Shown here: positions 48,602-62,500 of the stretch, piece after piece
How the letters are laid out: each line of letters begins with the position of its first letter
Numbering within the stretch: position 1 is the first letter of the stretch
From: Mytilus californianus
Taxonomy: Eukaryota
DNA length: 64,000 bases
Direction of reading: 5' to 3'
Assembly: GCF_021869535.1 (NCBI RefSeq)
Contig: NW_026262582.1
Location: 73,222,001-73,286,000, forward strand
The notes under the pieces: model-generated
The model's database searches: none
Told to the model about the DNA's origin: nothing
Seen by the model: the letters and a program-made list of their open reading frames with translations, nothing else
Translations under genes and position numbers: made by a program

Positions 48602-51188
48602 ATGTATTGTTTGTTTATATTATGTGGACTAGGTTTGATTTTTTGTCATGCTGGTATGGTAACATATTTTTTCTGTTTGTTCCTTTTTTACAAACAAATA
48701 TCGATTTACCACTCTATTTATCCTGAAATATTGACAGTTTGATTCGTTTTAAACTTCTCTGATAATCTGTGAAGAAAAGCCCTTGGTCGTTAATAGTATG
48801 TTCACCACTTCATTTTATTTGGTAATGGGTAAATGCTGCTCAATTACAACTATTATTCTTTTAAAAAACATATAATGCATTATGCTTGAAATTATGAAAA
48901 AATCATTATAGGTCATTTTCTTGGGTTTTTTTTCAAATTAAATTGAAATGAACAATTGATATTTTTGAACACATATTTTTGGATTTTTCTAATAATACGC
49001 TTGGGAAAAACGAAGTATTGGACAGCTTTAAAGATATAATAGAAATAACTGAAATTGCCAAGTATTTCACAGATGGGTCATACTGTTGTAGGAATAGAAA
49101 AAACCCAAAGAGGATTAAAAAATTTAACACAAGACAAACAATGTATCTGGATATACTGATCATTTCAAGGCACAATGTCTCACTTCATATCAATGTAATA
49201 GAGCTTCGTATGCCGTCCATATCTTCTTTTCCTTCATCACCAAGAATTCTGCTTTTGGAATTTTTTTTAAATTAAGATCTCTATTTTATATTTACAGATG
49301 CATGTAGTTACCCATACCGACGAGTTGGTAAAGGATGTTATCTTATACAAAAAGATAATATATCAGGCGATGATGCTTTTGTAAGTAATTTCTAAATTTC
49401 TTAAAGAAAAACAAAGTTTTACAAAGCATTCGACCGATAGAAATACATGGATATATAGACAAAGGGGGCGCACGTAAACCATATTTAGCCACACTTCATT
49501 TTTTGCCTGAACCAAGTAAAAAATCTGGCTATTGCGATTATTTAATGTTCGTTGTTGATTTCTTTGTTTGTATGTATGTTTTCCGATACGGAAGTCGGTT
49601 TTTGGGTCCTCAATGCTCAGCAACTTAGTACTTTATTTGGCCTTTTTAACTTTTTTCGTTACTGATGTGTATTTTGTAGACGAAACGCGCGTCTGGCTTA
49701 CAAACTTTTAATCCTGGTATCTATTATGAGTTTATTTGTTGGTTGATGTGGTATGCTGTACTGTGGATTAATTTTACGATTCTTGTTTTCCCTGTGTATG
49801 TGTTAAGTCTAAAAACAGAAGATGTGATATAATTGTCAATGATATAAGAATCCGCCAAACACCAAATAACCAGGGTGTTAACAACTACATATCACTGTAC
49901 TGCTTTGAAAAATTTTGAAATCTTATAACGTGTAAAAAGCTTCAAAATAAGATTTAAAGTCTCCTAGTAATTCATAATATATATTAATTTTATTTCATTT
50001 CCCTGACTTGTGACTCTAATATTTTAAGTACTCTTAGCTACACAATCTTTTTGTCGTCATCCTTGTTAAATTTATTTGTATGTCTGTTTCAATTTTTTAG
50101 TCATCCCAATTATTGACACATTAACATATCATATAAAAATAAAAAAGAAGTGGTATGATTGCCAATGAGACAACTATCCACAAAACTTCAATTGAAGTGG
50201 ATGAAAGCAATTATAGGGAACCGTACGACCTTCAACAATGAGAAAATCCTATACCGTATAGTCGGCAATAAAAGGCCCCGATATGAACAGTATGAAACAA
50301 TTAAATTGAGAAAAACTAACGGCCTAATTTATAACAAAACAACTATAGAAAAACAAATATGACAGAGATCACGTGTGGACTCACTTGTCTTATAAATACA
50401 CGACTTTAAACTCTTTTATACGTTATTTTGCTTAAAATCTTTCATGTTTTCAGGCAAAATGCTTACGACGTGGTGCATATCTGGCGAACTTTGAAACCCT
50501 AAATGAAGCAATGTTGATGAAGTATGAACTCTTAAAAATGAACACAGGTAATTTATACAATGCAAATGTTGTAACTATCATCCTCATAATAAAACAACAA
50601 ACAAGTATATTTATAATTAAATATATGCTAGTTATGATTACATGTAGATCATGTCACAATGTCACAATGTCGTCTGTAATTTAAGATTTTATTTATTAAC
50701 GAATTTAACTTAATCCCCTTGTTTCATGTATACTACATTTATTTATAGTAAGTTACATGTGCTTTAATGCTTTACTGCAATAAAATTTTAATTGGCTACA
50801 GATGAAATGTCCTAGCACTAGCAGATTCGACGGTTCAAGGATTTCTGGGTATGAAGGGGTTGTATGTTCAGACATAAGCGATCCGTTAAATATGCCTATT
50901 ACATAGTACACACTTGCAATTGTCTTTTATTTTTATTTCAAAGGTGTGCATTATTATGTCGGTGCACGTAACATCAATAGATATAAGACCGGTGGTGATT
51001 GGAGATGGATCAAGAAGGACGGCGAGATGGTCAAAATGACTTACTTTGCATTTGATGGTGGAGAACCAAATGGATCATTCAGTTCACCGGAAGATTGCAT
51101 GCTTTTCCTTGGTTCTAGACGATACAGGTTCCACAATGTTTGGTGCGCAAACGGTGGTTTACTTGGAGGTTATATTTGCGAAAAATAA
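48602..51188 (+). CDS. Secreted single-domain C-type lectin (perlucin-like), copy B, EPN motif; exons 48602-48653, 49298-49380, 50454-50547, 50944-51188 (157 aa)
   Basis: MYCLFILCGLGLIFCHA|DACSYPYRRVGKGCYLIQKDNISGDDAF|AKCLRRGAYLANFETLNEAMLMKYELLKMNT|GVHYYVGARNINRYKTGGDWRWIKKDGEMVKMTYFAFDGGEPNGSFSSPEDCMLFLGSRRYRFHNVWCANGGLLGGYICEK*; canonical GT-AG sites, exon sizes 83/94/245 as in copy A. Confidence 0.92.
49657..49697 (+). ncRNA. Degenerate hammerhead motif (family 1) in intron 2 of lectin B
   Basis: cgtta CTGATGT GTA ttttgta GAC GAAA cgcgc GTC tggc; A9 changed to T and a stem II mismatch. Confidence 0.6.
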
Positions 51189-54100
51189 ATTAATTATAAA
51201 ATATTGTGATTTTTTTTTATTTTTGTTGTCCATTTGTTATCTGATTTGAAATCTCTAAAATATATATAAGAACAAAAAAAAATCGAGCCCGGACATAAAA
51301 CCAGAGCTATGCATTAGGGAGATTTTCTCCTTCATTTTACTGAATTCAAAGTTGTTATTCGAACAATATCCGTATTTTTATGCCAGTATCGAAGTACTGA
51401 ATACGTGGCTGGTGATACCCTCAGTGATTTAAAGTACACACGCAGGGGTATCTATTACCAAGGCGATTATTCCAACTTTCCAATTGTCAACTTCTCATTT
51501 CTCAATAGAACGATACACTCTGCTCCGTCGGATGGCGTTTAAATACTAAATTTATACATTATGATCATGCATGTTCACATATTCAGACTTCATGAACAGG
51601 GTGTGATCCTACAGAGGAATTAGGAAGAACGACTGAAATCGACACGTTGACCGATACGATGTGTCCGTTTCTCAGCTCACTAGTGACATGTCTTCGCGGT
51701 CCTAAATTTTAACATACAGGATACGCTCAACCTGTCGACACAACCAGTCTCGCTCTTTTTGGAGCTCATGCGATTCTCTGAGTTTGTGTGTGTACCCTTG
51801 ATTTCTCTCTTTTTGTTCGATATACGAGATTTCAACGTCAGTAAAAATAATCGACTTGATTTTTATGTCTTATCTAAGACAGATGTTTTGTTCTTTAAAA
51901 ATTGTAGAGATTCGAACATTGGTAAACTACTTTCTCTTTAGTTTACCGAACGAGAAAAATCACAGGAAATATGTCGTGCGTGATAAAATTGGTATCTCAC
52001 ATTCATATCAATGATTTCGGTATGGTCTACTGTGGTCTTATCTGTCACTTTCTCCTTAGATTACAAATTGTACCAAATCAGTTTGAATTCATTTTCCTGT
52101 AACTGATATTTTGTAATACACCTGTATTTTATTTGTATATGCATCTATTCGTCTGTAAGCTTTGTAATCGAAACTGCACTCGACCTATAAACTGAAGAAG
52201 GGAACTGATGATATTCAAATTGATTAAACTTGACATTTATTAAATCTAAATTGTAACAATGGTAATTTTGTATTTGAATTAAAGAAAACAATGTATTCTG
52301 CTTCGAACATTGATATTTTAGGCATTGATAAATATATCTGAATTCATTCTGTTTTAAAAGCGTTAAATCATTGTATATTAGAAATGCATAAATAATCGTC
52401 ATGCAAGAATGTGCCTTACGTTAACGAAAACTAATGCATTTGAGATAATAATCGCATTAAACATTGACATACAAAGTAAACTATGTCAAAGAATACAAAA
52501 ATAAGAAGATGTGGTATGATTGCAAATGAGACAAATCTCCACCAGATACCAAATTACGTAGAAGTTAACAAACATAGGTCAAAGTATGACCATATCATGT
52601 TGTATCGATTTCTGGTGTTCTTCGGCATTACTCAGTTGTGACAATTTTTATGTCGGAAGTACACCCTGTTAATTGAATCCGTATAGTGTAAACATGCACG
52701 AGATATGTTAAACCCATACGATGGGTCAGGGGCTATATGTTACTACGGAGAAATGGGAAGATGACGATTGGAATGTTGAAATCATTACATTTGTCGTAGA
52801 ATTTAGTTTGAAGTCGTCCATCCGTGTCATTGTCGAGGGACGCAGTGGTGTTAAGGTTGTTCGCCACTTGAAAATGAACAAATATGGAGTGTTTTCATAT
52901 TCAGTGTCCGGTAAACAAAAAGTTGTCTCCAATCATAGTATAGTCGGTGTGTATAAATACATTAGATGTAGTTCTTTGAAAAAAAAATCAAAATCTAGTT
53001 TTAGACCCAGGGAAAAAGTCACGTGACCACCCGAAATAGAAAGTAAAATACTGGAAAACAAATCGTAATAGAACATTGACATGCTGATGTGTAAATATAT
53101 CGTTGAAGACACCTATGAATAGCCTATGGTCTAAAGTTCATTCAAAAATCATGGCAAAGTGTTGTTCTTAAAGATAATGCATAGAAAAACATATTCAAAG
53201 GTCCCATTTCACATTTTGTGCTTTTTTCAGTTACTCTTTCTGGGAAGCCAAAAAAAAATCGACCTCAGAGGCCAGTATGCCCTTGTTCTAATCGTTTTTA
53301 TGACTGATTCGTCAGTATTTCAGTTAAATCGTCGATTTTAAAACGCTCAATTGACTTTCAATGTTCCAAATGAGTTACTTCCCTTTGGTAACTGAGAACG
53401 CTGATTTTTCCTTTTAATTAATAAAATGAGCTGCTGTTTTTCTGTCCGTATGATATATTTTTTTTTTCTAAACTCTTTCACCTTGAGTTTTATTTGTTTG
53501 GTTATCAGCACAATTGGATAAGCGTATCGCTATTTTCATATATGTGGTTGAAAAAAGGAGGAGGGGTCGGGAGGACAACACATTTCATCAACGAATTTTG
53601 AAATCTTCGTTTTCATATCTAGCATGTGAAGGCACTGATAGTTTATGAAATTTACTGTATGCAGTTAAAGTCAGATTCTTTCATTTATACGCCAGTAAAA
53701 AATAAGAAGATGTGGTCAGATTTCCAATGACAGTGAGACAACTATCCAGATAGGATATTCAAATATTGTGGATATAAGCAATAATAATTATAGGTCACTG
53801 TACAGTATTCATTAATGAAGTTTATTTTTTAAAAGTTAAATTTGAGTCTAGACATGGTTGAGGGGGGTCCTGCATTTCTGTCAATCTGTATTCTTTAATG
53901 TTTAGGTAATCTTTTCTGTTCTTTATTTTTTTTTTGCCTAATCACTATTACAGACACTTATCTTTAAAATTTAGCACCATATTATTCTCTTTTTTATTTT
54001 TTGGGCCTTCTTTTCACTATTCTTTTATTTTTTTTTTCTTCATTTTTCTGCAGTATTGGCCATTATACTCTAGTATTCTGTAAATCCCTCTCAGACTCTG

Positions 54101-55870
54101 ATATATGTATCATACATGCTTTCCCTCAGAGTCAGAATTGTTGAATTTGTTCTGTTGTACTTGGTTCATTGTTTATTGTAATAATTTCATGTTGCCCCTA
54201 GATCATCATAGATGACCCATTGATTTTGAATGAACTATATTTATATGATCTATACTTTAGTTACACTAATGAGCAAATACATGTTTCAATGTTTTAAAAA
54301 ATATCAACACAATCTTAACTGTCCAATTGGTCAATTTATCACTCAAAAGAATACAAGGTGAGAAGATTTGACTTGATTTGCATGACTAAATGGGGAAAAA
54401 GATTAACAAGCAGGAGATCAGTAGCCAAGGCTTGTACAGGTTTTGGACTTGGCCCCTAAATATTTTTAAGTTAATTGAAAATATCCTTAATGCTTATGTT
54501 AATCTTTCATATTTTCACAAGTTGGGCCCTATATTGATACCCTGTTGAATATAATATTCAGTTGGAGAGGTTTTTGCATAGTTATATTTGTAATTGTATA
54601 TACCATGCTGATATGAAGACCCTTTTGATATATAGGTCTAAGTTCAAAATCTGCATTATAAGGTAAGAACTGGTTCTTCTCAGAATTGGTATATTTGACA
54701 AAGAATTAGAAATAATGTCTAATATGAGAACATTTATTGCTAAAAGCAAAGAAAAATTACATTAAAAGTTTCACTTAAATACATTTGTAGTTTTAATAAT
54801 ATCATAGAAAAAAAGGCACCTGTCAAACTGTTGATAAACATTTCCACTAGAACATAGTATAATATCCTAGAAGGAATAAATTATATTTCCTACCTCATTG
54901 ATAACGAATGATTACCTACACTTTTATTTAATCACTTTATCCTTGAAGTACATGAATCACATCGAATTTCCCTTTTCCATTCACATTGCTTTATACTCAT
55001 AGCAATTTTGAAGTAAAATTAACACATTTGTGGTGAACATTTAGAAAATTAATCCTCCCTTTTTAGGGTTTTCTCCAGTAGGCTTGATAACCTCTATGCT
55101 TTACTTTCAGTTTAAATATATAGGTCACTTTCTCACAGTTTGGATATATATATTCATTTGATCTGGAAAATATTAATAATGAAAATTAACAACTTGTTGG
55201 TCATAATGCTTGTAACTGTAAACAACCACCATAATCTAACACAAAACTTCACACATACATATAGATGTATTAAATAAATTGAAATATTTCAACTTCATTT
55301 ATCCTCATTAATTAAATTAAAATAAATATACTATCATCATTATAACTTTTCCAAAGATTGTGATCACCATTATCATAAATGATGGTTCTAAACACACTAT
55401 CAGTAAATCATCCTGATAACAAGACTTGTGAAATCAGGACCGAAGAAAATACACGAAACTGTTTGTAAACTTTAATGATGTACAGCTTTAAATTATTAAA
55501 AATTTTGATTGTTTTGAAGTTTAAACAAAAATTAACTGATCATATTTAAAAAGTGTTATTCTCATCATATATATTTATAATGACAGCAATAAGCATGAGC
55601 TTGAAGTTATATTCATAATTAAAGAGATGCATTTTGTTCAATTTCAATGTCTATAAATTCAAAATCTTGTACCAAATTTAAATTATAATCATTTATGCAA
55701 ACAGTTTATTAAATGGAATTAGAGATTTTAAATTTAGTTTGAAATGACCAAAAAACTGGGGTTTAGGCTAAACTACTGATTAAATTTATAAAAAACCAAG
55801 TACATTTTGTACTATCATTGTTTAATCATTGACAATCATACCACATCTTCTTTTTTATACTGAAATTTAC

Positions 55871-55941
55871 CTGTCTTGTTAATCCAATTGTCAATTGATG
55901 GCAAATTAATATCCTATTACAGCATACAGTCTGGTCACATC
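55871..55941 (-). other. Candidate 71-nt spliced exon of an unidentified minus-strand transcript
   Basis: ctgttttcttacag|GATGTG...AAGACAG|GTAAAT: good acceptor and donor in otherwise unique AT-rich DNA; one open frame (xCDQTVCCNRILICHQLTIGLTRQ). Confidence 0.3.
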
Positions 55942-57018
55942 CTGTAAGAAAACAGAGAACACATAAATAATTGAAAGACTTTCTATGCAAAAATTAAATG
56001 GAACAATTTACTCAAACAATCTTGAACAAGCAAATAAAAGATTTATACATTTTTAATTAAAATGCTATCTTTATTTTATACAGTATAAACCTTTGTTATC
56101 TATATTTTCTTATTCCTGCTATATGATAAAGAATAAAAAAAATCCTTTTTCCTAAAACCATAAATAGTTACCCTGCTAGCTAGCTACATTTATATAATGT
56201 GCACACACTTACAAATATAAAGCTTGATACTGGATTTATATAGAGAAATAAATGACACATTCAGGAAAAGTGCAATAATGTATCATCAACATTTTTTCTG
56301 AATGAAAGTTACATTTATTTTAACAAAGATTTTCAAACCATGAAGTTTTTCATACAATATATTTCAACTTTCAATTATATTCAGAGTTATATTTTTACAT
56401 CAAGAAATTGTTCATTCATAACTTTTCATTTGATAAGAGCTCAAAACTTTTATTTCTATATAACATGTATAAGTTTCCATGAAATAAAGTATCAATGAAA
56501 TAAATACAAATTCATGTTTGTCTTATATACTTGTCTGATAAGACAAATCAGTAAATTTATGCTTTGTGTACATATTTAATTGATTTTTCTGAAATCAAAT
56601 GGCAATTTATTGTACGTATTTAGAATTAAAGAACTCTACAAATAGTGTTATATGTACGAATCCAGATTTATTTTCGTCTAAAAAAACGAACACTTAGTGA
56701 ACACGCGTTCACATTATAAAATAAACAGGATCAAGTTGGAATTGGATAACCTCCCCTTTTTTATCGAAAAAAAACATACCACCTAACAGTACGCGATTTT
56801 AACACATCGCATGAAGACAAACATAAGTTTTAAGTGATATTGTACTTACATTTGAATACTCATGATTGTGTATGAGTCTTGTTTTCCGTCAGGAACATCA
56901 TTGAATCTTGTAAAATCCTCGTCAACAGCTGATTCGCAATTGTTTGTTTTGATGCCTTTTCAAGCTTTAAAATGACGTTGAGTGTAAGAATAAATGTGAC
57001 GATAACCAATGGAAACGA

Positions 57019-57204
57019 CTACAATGACTTCACAATGAGATTACGATAGAATCGTTGAAAATTCATGGAGAACTGCCTTAATATTACTGCGAAAAGATTA
57101 AGATACGAAACAGACCTTCTAAGTTTGGAAGCATCCTTAATCTCAATTTCACTTGGATATATAAGATTCAAGCTCTCACTACAATTTGAGATATTGAGTG
57201 ACAT
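57019..57204 (-). mobile_element. Old Penelope-like RT fragment
   Basis: LIYPSEIEIKDASKLRRSVSYLNL matches IYPIELKIKDTT..KSASYLDL at about 15980-16050; further relics at about 26340-26600, 51470-51640, 52590-52710 and 57740-57880. Confidence 0.65.
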
Positions 57205-59447
57205 GACATCTAATTAAAACTTCGGAAGATGTTTTATTTCTTTCTGTCTTTGAAAATGTGTTATAATTCTGCTTCATATGCATACACGGCAAATAAGGGG
57301 GCACAATAAGTACCTATTGCAGTATCGATATTTTGTTGAAATATCAATCCACCAAATTAAATACATATGTTGTCAATTAAAACGTTCAGCACTTTGATGA
57401 TATCATCTTCGGTCTATTTTTAATTGAAATCAGTACATTTCTTCACAAAGTAAGATTTGTCATGACCTAAAACAAGAAATTTGTATAAATGCGCTGTTTA
57501 GTGAGAAGATGAATTCGATCTTTCAATTAAACCTGGAAAATAGTACTGTTAAGTGTAGAAACAAAAATGAAAAGTTTTTATATAACTTCAAACTTGTCAA
57601 GGTTGTAATTAAAGATTTAGCTTTTTTTTTTAATTTCCAGTATCATCATCTGATTGACCAAGTTCAACACTGTCAAAATCAGTTGTAGGGTAGAAATGTC
57701 AAAAATTGTTATGAGATAGTACTGCTACTGTCAGAAACTGTTCGAAATATGACACAATTAAAACTTGTGTACTGTGAATTGCTGTAGTTCTTCCTCATAA
57801 GACTGTTAAAGCAGTTTTTGTGTCAGAAGGACATCTCTATCAATTAAGTCCGTGTAGATGAGAACATGCACGAGCGAACAGTAATAGGCGAGGTAAAATA
57901 TTCGTCATGTTAGTGTTATAATTATGTACCTCATTTCTTTCAAAATGTACAGAAATTGAACATGATGTTTAAAAGCGCAATATCATAAATATTTCAATGA
58001 CAGGTAGAAAGTAATGTATGAACCTGTGGACCTAATGAGCAACTCTTTGTTCACTTGGGTTTTTTTTAATAAATAAAACAAAGAATCACCATAAATAAAT
58101 AAAGTCTGATCTTTTCTGTAGAAAGAACACTAATAACACCAAAAACTGCTTTTTTAGAATTTTTTCGCTATATTTCTATGGGAGAGTGACCATGGATATT
58201 GGAATTTTGTTATATCCCAATTTCGGTCATGCTGGGAATTACTCATAGATTGTTATCAAATTATTCAAAATATTTTCGCATAGAATTAATACGATAATTT
58301 TGATAACAATATTATAGAGTAAAAATATCTAAAAAATAGTTCAGATACTATGCTATGAGAATATTTTTCTCCAAACTTCCGATGACCAATTACATTATAA
58401 TTCAACGGGAAAGTGTGGAGAACAGTATAGTTCGTTCAAAACACGTAAAATGTACAAATATCGTATCAAAGTTGTGTAGGGAGGTAGATCATTAAACCTA
58501 AATCTCATATATTAAGATATCTACGTTTTTATTAACAGTGGACATAAAACACTATTAGACTCACACGACGATCGAAAACGATGATAGTAGATATATAAAA
58601 ACTGAGGAATTATTAGCTACCCGTGCAATGAATCAGAGCTATGCCTGAAGGAGATACGTTTTATTTATTTTTTTAACATGATTTCCAAAATTAATAGCTG
58701 AGAAAATATTGACAATTTAAAAGTGGACACCATACTGTTTGTTATAGATTCTCGTTTGAAGTTGTCCATCTTTGTCAAAATGAAGATGTAAAGATCAGGC
58801 TTTGAAGAAGAGCTCCTAGTTTTTGTGGTATCCTTACTTTTAAAGTTCATTTAGATAAATGAGATGAATTCAGTATATTGTGAATAAATGTTAGAATGGA
58901 CACTACAGTTTATGGTTTTACCGAGGTCTTTAATGCTATCTATAATACTAGGAAATATTGAAATCTAAATGACTCTCTGATGTAGACGGGTAAACGTAAA
59001 TGCCTAAATACAATACGTGCAATGAGTACCAGAACAACGAACAAGCAAAAATTAGTCTGCCTGTCGCTTCGTGATTCTTTTAAGGGGTTATTCAAATAAA
59101 TTCTAAAAATTCCAATGACAAATTTAATTGCTCAATAAAACTTGTTTTTTATTTTCTTTTCGTAACTATCATTTCATCTTAGACATTTACAAATTAAATC
59201 GTGATAAAAAAATCTAACCAGAATAATAGTGCAGTGGGGTTTTTTGGTGGTTTCTCCGAGATTTTATATGTCTTCAGATGAATTAAAAATTCTATGAATT
59301 AATGATTCATTGAGAAGGTTAATATATTACTTTTCGTTATGTACAGTGGCATGTGTTTCAATATTGAAATTGTTGTAAAAAGTACGGAGTACATCGATAA
59401 CAAATGTACAAAATATGTTTCCATCATTAAAATGAAATTTGATCAGG

Positions 59448-59455
59448 TATATAAA
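59448..59455 (+). promoter_or_regulatory. TATA box of C-type lectin copy C
   Basis: TATATAAA 58 nt upstream of ccgccATG (59506). Confidence 0.68.
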
Positions 59456-59505
59456 TATAAAAGGACTAGCTGTCTATTTCGACATTAAGTTTGGAAAAAT
59501 CCGCC

Positions 59506-62500
59506 ATGTTTACCATATATTGTTTGTTTATATTATGTGGACTAGTTTTGGTTTATTGTCATGCTGGTATGTTAACATTTTTATCTGTTTATGCCTTTAT
59601 TTACAAATGAATTTTTCTTTACAACTCTTTTTATCTTGAAAAACTGACATTTTGATTCGTATTTCTCTTGTGATCAGTTGAGAATAGTAATTCACAAGAG
59701 GTTTCATAATTTTGTAGGCATAGCCAAGAAAAAAACCAAGAGCATTAAAAAAGAAACACAAGGCAGACAATGTAGCTGGACATTTCATGGCAATTTTTCT
59801 CACATGACTTCAATTCAATGGAGCTTAATATTCATATGATGAAGACATAATCTTTTAATCAGTTTAATTGAGGTCTGGAGCTGGCATGTCAGTAACTGCT
59901 AGTAGTCTGTTCTTATTTATGTATTATTGTCATTTTGTTTATTTTCTTTTGTTTCCTATTTTGACATCGGACTCGGACTTCTCTTTTACTGAGTTTTACT
60001 GTACGTACTGTTGTGCGTTTGTTTTTTCTACATTGGCTAGAGGTATAGGGGGAGGGTTGAGATCTCAAAAAAACATGTTTAACCCCGCCGCATTTTTGCG
60101 CCCGTCCCAAGTCAGAAGCCTCTGGCCTTTGTTAGTCTTGTATCTTTTTTTTAATTTTAGTTTCCTGTGTATAATTTGGAGTTTAGTATGACGTCCATTA
60201 TCACTGAACTAGTATACATATTTGTTTAGGGGCCAGCTGAAGGACGCGGGTGCGGGAGTTTCTCGCTGCATTGAAGACCCATTGGTGGCCTTCGGCTGTT
60301 GTCTGCTCTATGGTCGGGTTGTTGTCTCTTTGACACATTCCCCATTTCCATTCTCAATTTTACTTCCATATCTTCTATACCTTCATCACCTAGAATTTTG
60401 CTTTCGGGAAGTTTTTTAAAATTAAAATCTCTATTGTATTTTAACAGATGCATGCAGTTATCCGTACCGACGAGTTGGTAAAGGGTGTTATCTAATACAA
60501 AAAGATAATATATCAGGCGATGCTGCTTTTGTAAGTAATTTCTAGATTTCTTATATTAAATAAAAAAAACAAAGTTTTACAAAACATTGGACCAATAGAA
60601 ATGTGTCGTATTAATTAGAACTAATCATCAAATACATCTACTCGTCGTACCATTGACATTAATGTTTAAATTGACTTATAGGCCTAAACGGTCGGGTATT
60701 CTCATAATTGTTTTCATTTTCACTGTATTATAAAATATTTGTCAAAAATACTTGTCACTATAATAAATAATTTAGTTAGTTAGTTTGTTACATGGATAGA
60801 CAAAGGGGCGTACGTAAATCAGATGAAGCCACACAACAGTTCTTGACTTTACCAAGTCAAAAATCTTGCTATTTTGACTCTTCAATGTTCGTTGTTGTTT
60901 CCTTGTTTGCAGTATGCTGTTTTATAGGGAAGTCGGGTTTCTTTAATATCGTACTTTATTTGGCCCTTTAATTTTTTTCGTCACTGATGAGTCTTTTGTC
61001 GACGAAACGCGCGTCTAGCTTACAAAAGCTTAATTCTGGTATCTATGATGATTTTATTATATGGTTGATGGGGTATGTTGTACTAGGGAATATATGTGAG
61101 ATTCTTGTTTTCGCTATTTATGAGTCATTTAAAAGAAAAGAAGATGTCATTCTATTGTCAATTGTATGATGTTTACAACTACATATATGTATCACTGTAA
61201 TGCCTTCAACTATTTTAAAACCTTATAATGTGTAGTAAGCTTCAAAATTAGATAAGTAATTCATTATATATTAACTTCATTTCATTTCTCTGACTTGTAA
61301 CTCTCATACTGTAAGCACTATTAGCTACACAAACTTTTTTGTCGGCGTCTTTGTTATGTTTGTTTTATTTTTTTAGTCAGTTGTGTTGTATGTCTGGGAT
61401 ATATGTTTACACTGCTTCGGCCAAATTATTGTTACAATAATCTCTAATACAAAACTAAGGAAATGTGGTATGATTCCCAATGAGACAACTTTCCACCAAA
61501 GTTCGAATGATGAGGATGTAAGCAATTATATAAGCAACAGTACGGCCTTCACCAATATGGAAACCCTTATTGTGTAGTCAGAAATTGAAGCCCCGACATG
61601 AAAACAATAAACCAATCCAATTAAGAAAACTAACGGCCATACTTATAACAAAACAATTTACGAAAAACAAATATGATAAACATGGACCTACGACAACCAC
61701 TGAACGACAGGTTCCGGACTTAGGACAGGCAGTTAAAGAATATGGCGGGGTTAAACCTGTTTGAAACCCTCCTCTAACCTTGGACAACCGTCCCCTTGTA
61801 TTATGTTTATTGCAAATTTTATCAATATAATATAAATATAAACAAATGTCATACAAGTGGGAGGTTAAGCTAGCTTTAAAACCAGGCTTAACCACCATTT
61901 TTTTTTTTAAAAATGTATGTTCCACGACAAGAATGTAACATTTGCTTTCCATACATGTACGTTCCATTCGTTAATAAAGTCTAACGTTTGATTTCGTCAG
62001 CTTTTCTTGACTTCCCCATAGCTTGTTTTTTTTTAATACTTTTTTCTCAACCATTGTGTTGAAAACTTTGGTGACCCTATAAGATAACGAATTCTCCATC
62101 ATCCATGTGTTATCTGTATTTTAATTTTCATTAAATGTTTATTCATTTCTTTATTCAAAGATATTGATGCTAGCATTAGAAAAAATAACAAAAAACAAGG
62201 AGTTTGCCAAGAGGTAATTCCCTATTGTCTTATAAGGTAATATTTATTTACCTCTTTCTCTGCATTTTTCTCCAATCATGTGAGGACTAATAATCAAACG
62301 ATTTTATATTGACATGTTTTTATATGATAACATTCTTTTAGAAGTTATTTTGCTCAAAATCTTTCATGTTTTCAGGCAAAATGCTTACGACGAGGTGCAT
62401 ACCTGGCGAACTTTGAAACCCTAAATGAAGCAATGTTGATGAAGTACGAACTCTTAAAAATGAACACAGGTAATGTATACAATGCAAATGTTGTTTCTAT

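Noticed and set aside
52721-53026. 101-aa ORF (MGQGLYVTTEKW...)
   Set aside because: No recognisable domain or splice structure; adjacent to Penelope-like RT debris (52590-52710), so probably decayed element sequence.
59868-60481. Several 60-107 aa ORFs inside lectin C intron 1 (and similar ORFs at 23380, 33864, 38167, 50159, 61570)
   Set aside because: They fall inside high-copy repeat insertions and are not conserved in frame between copies.
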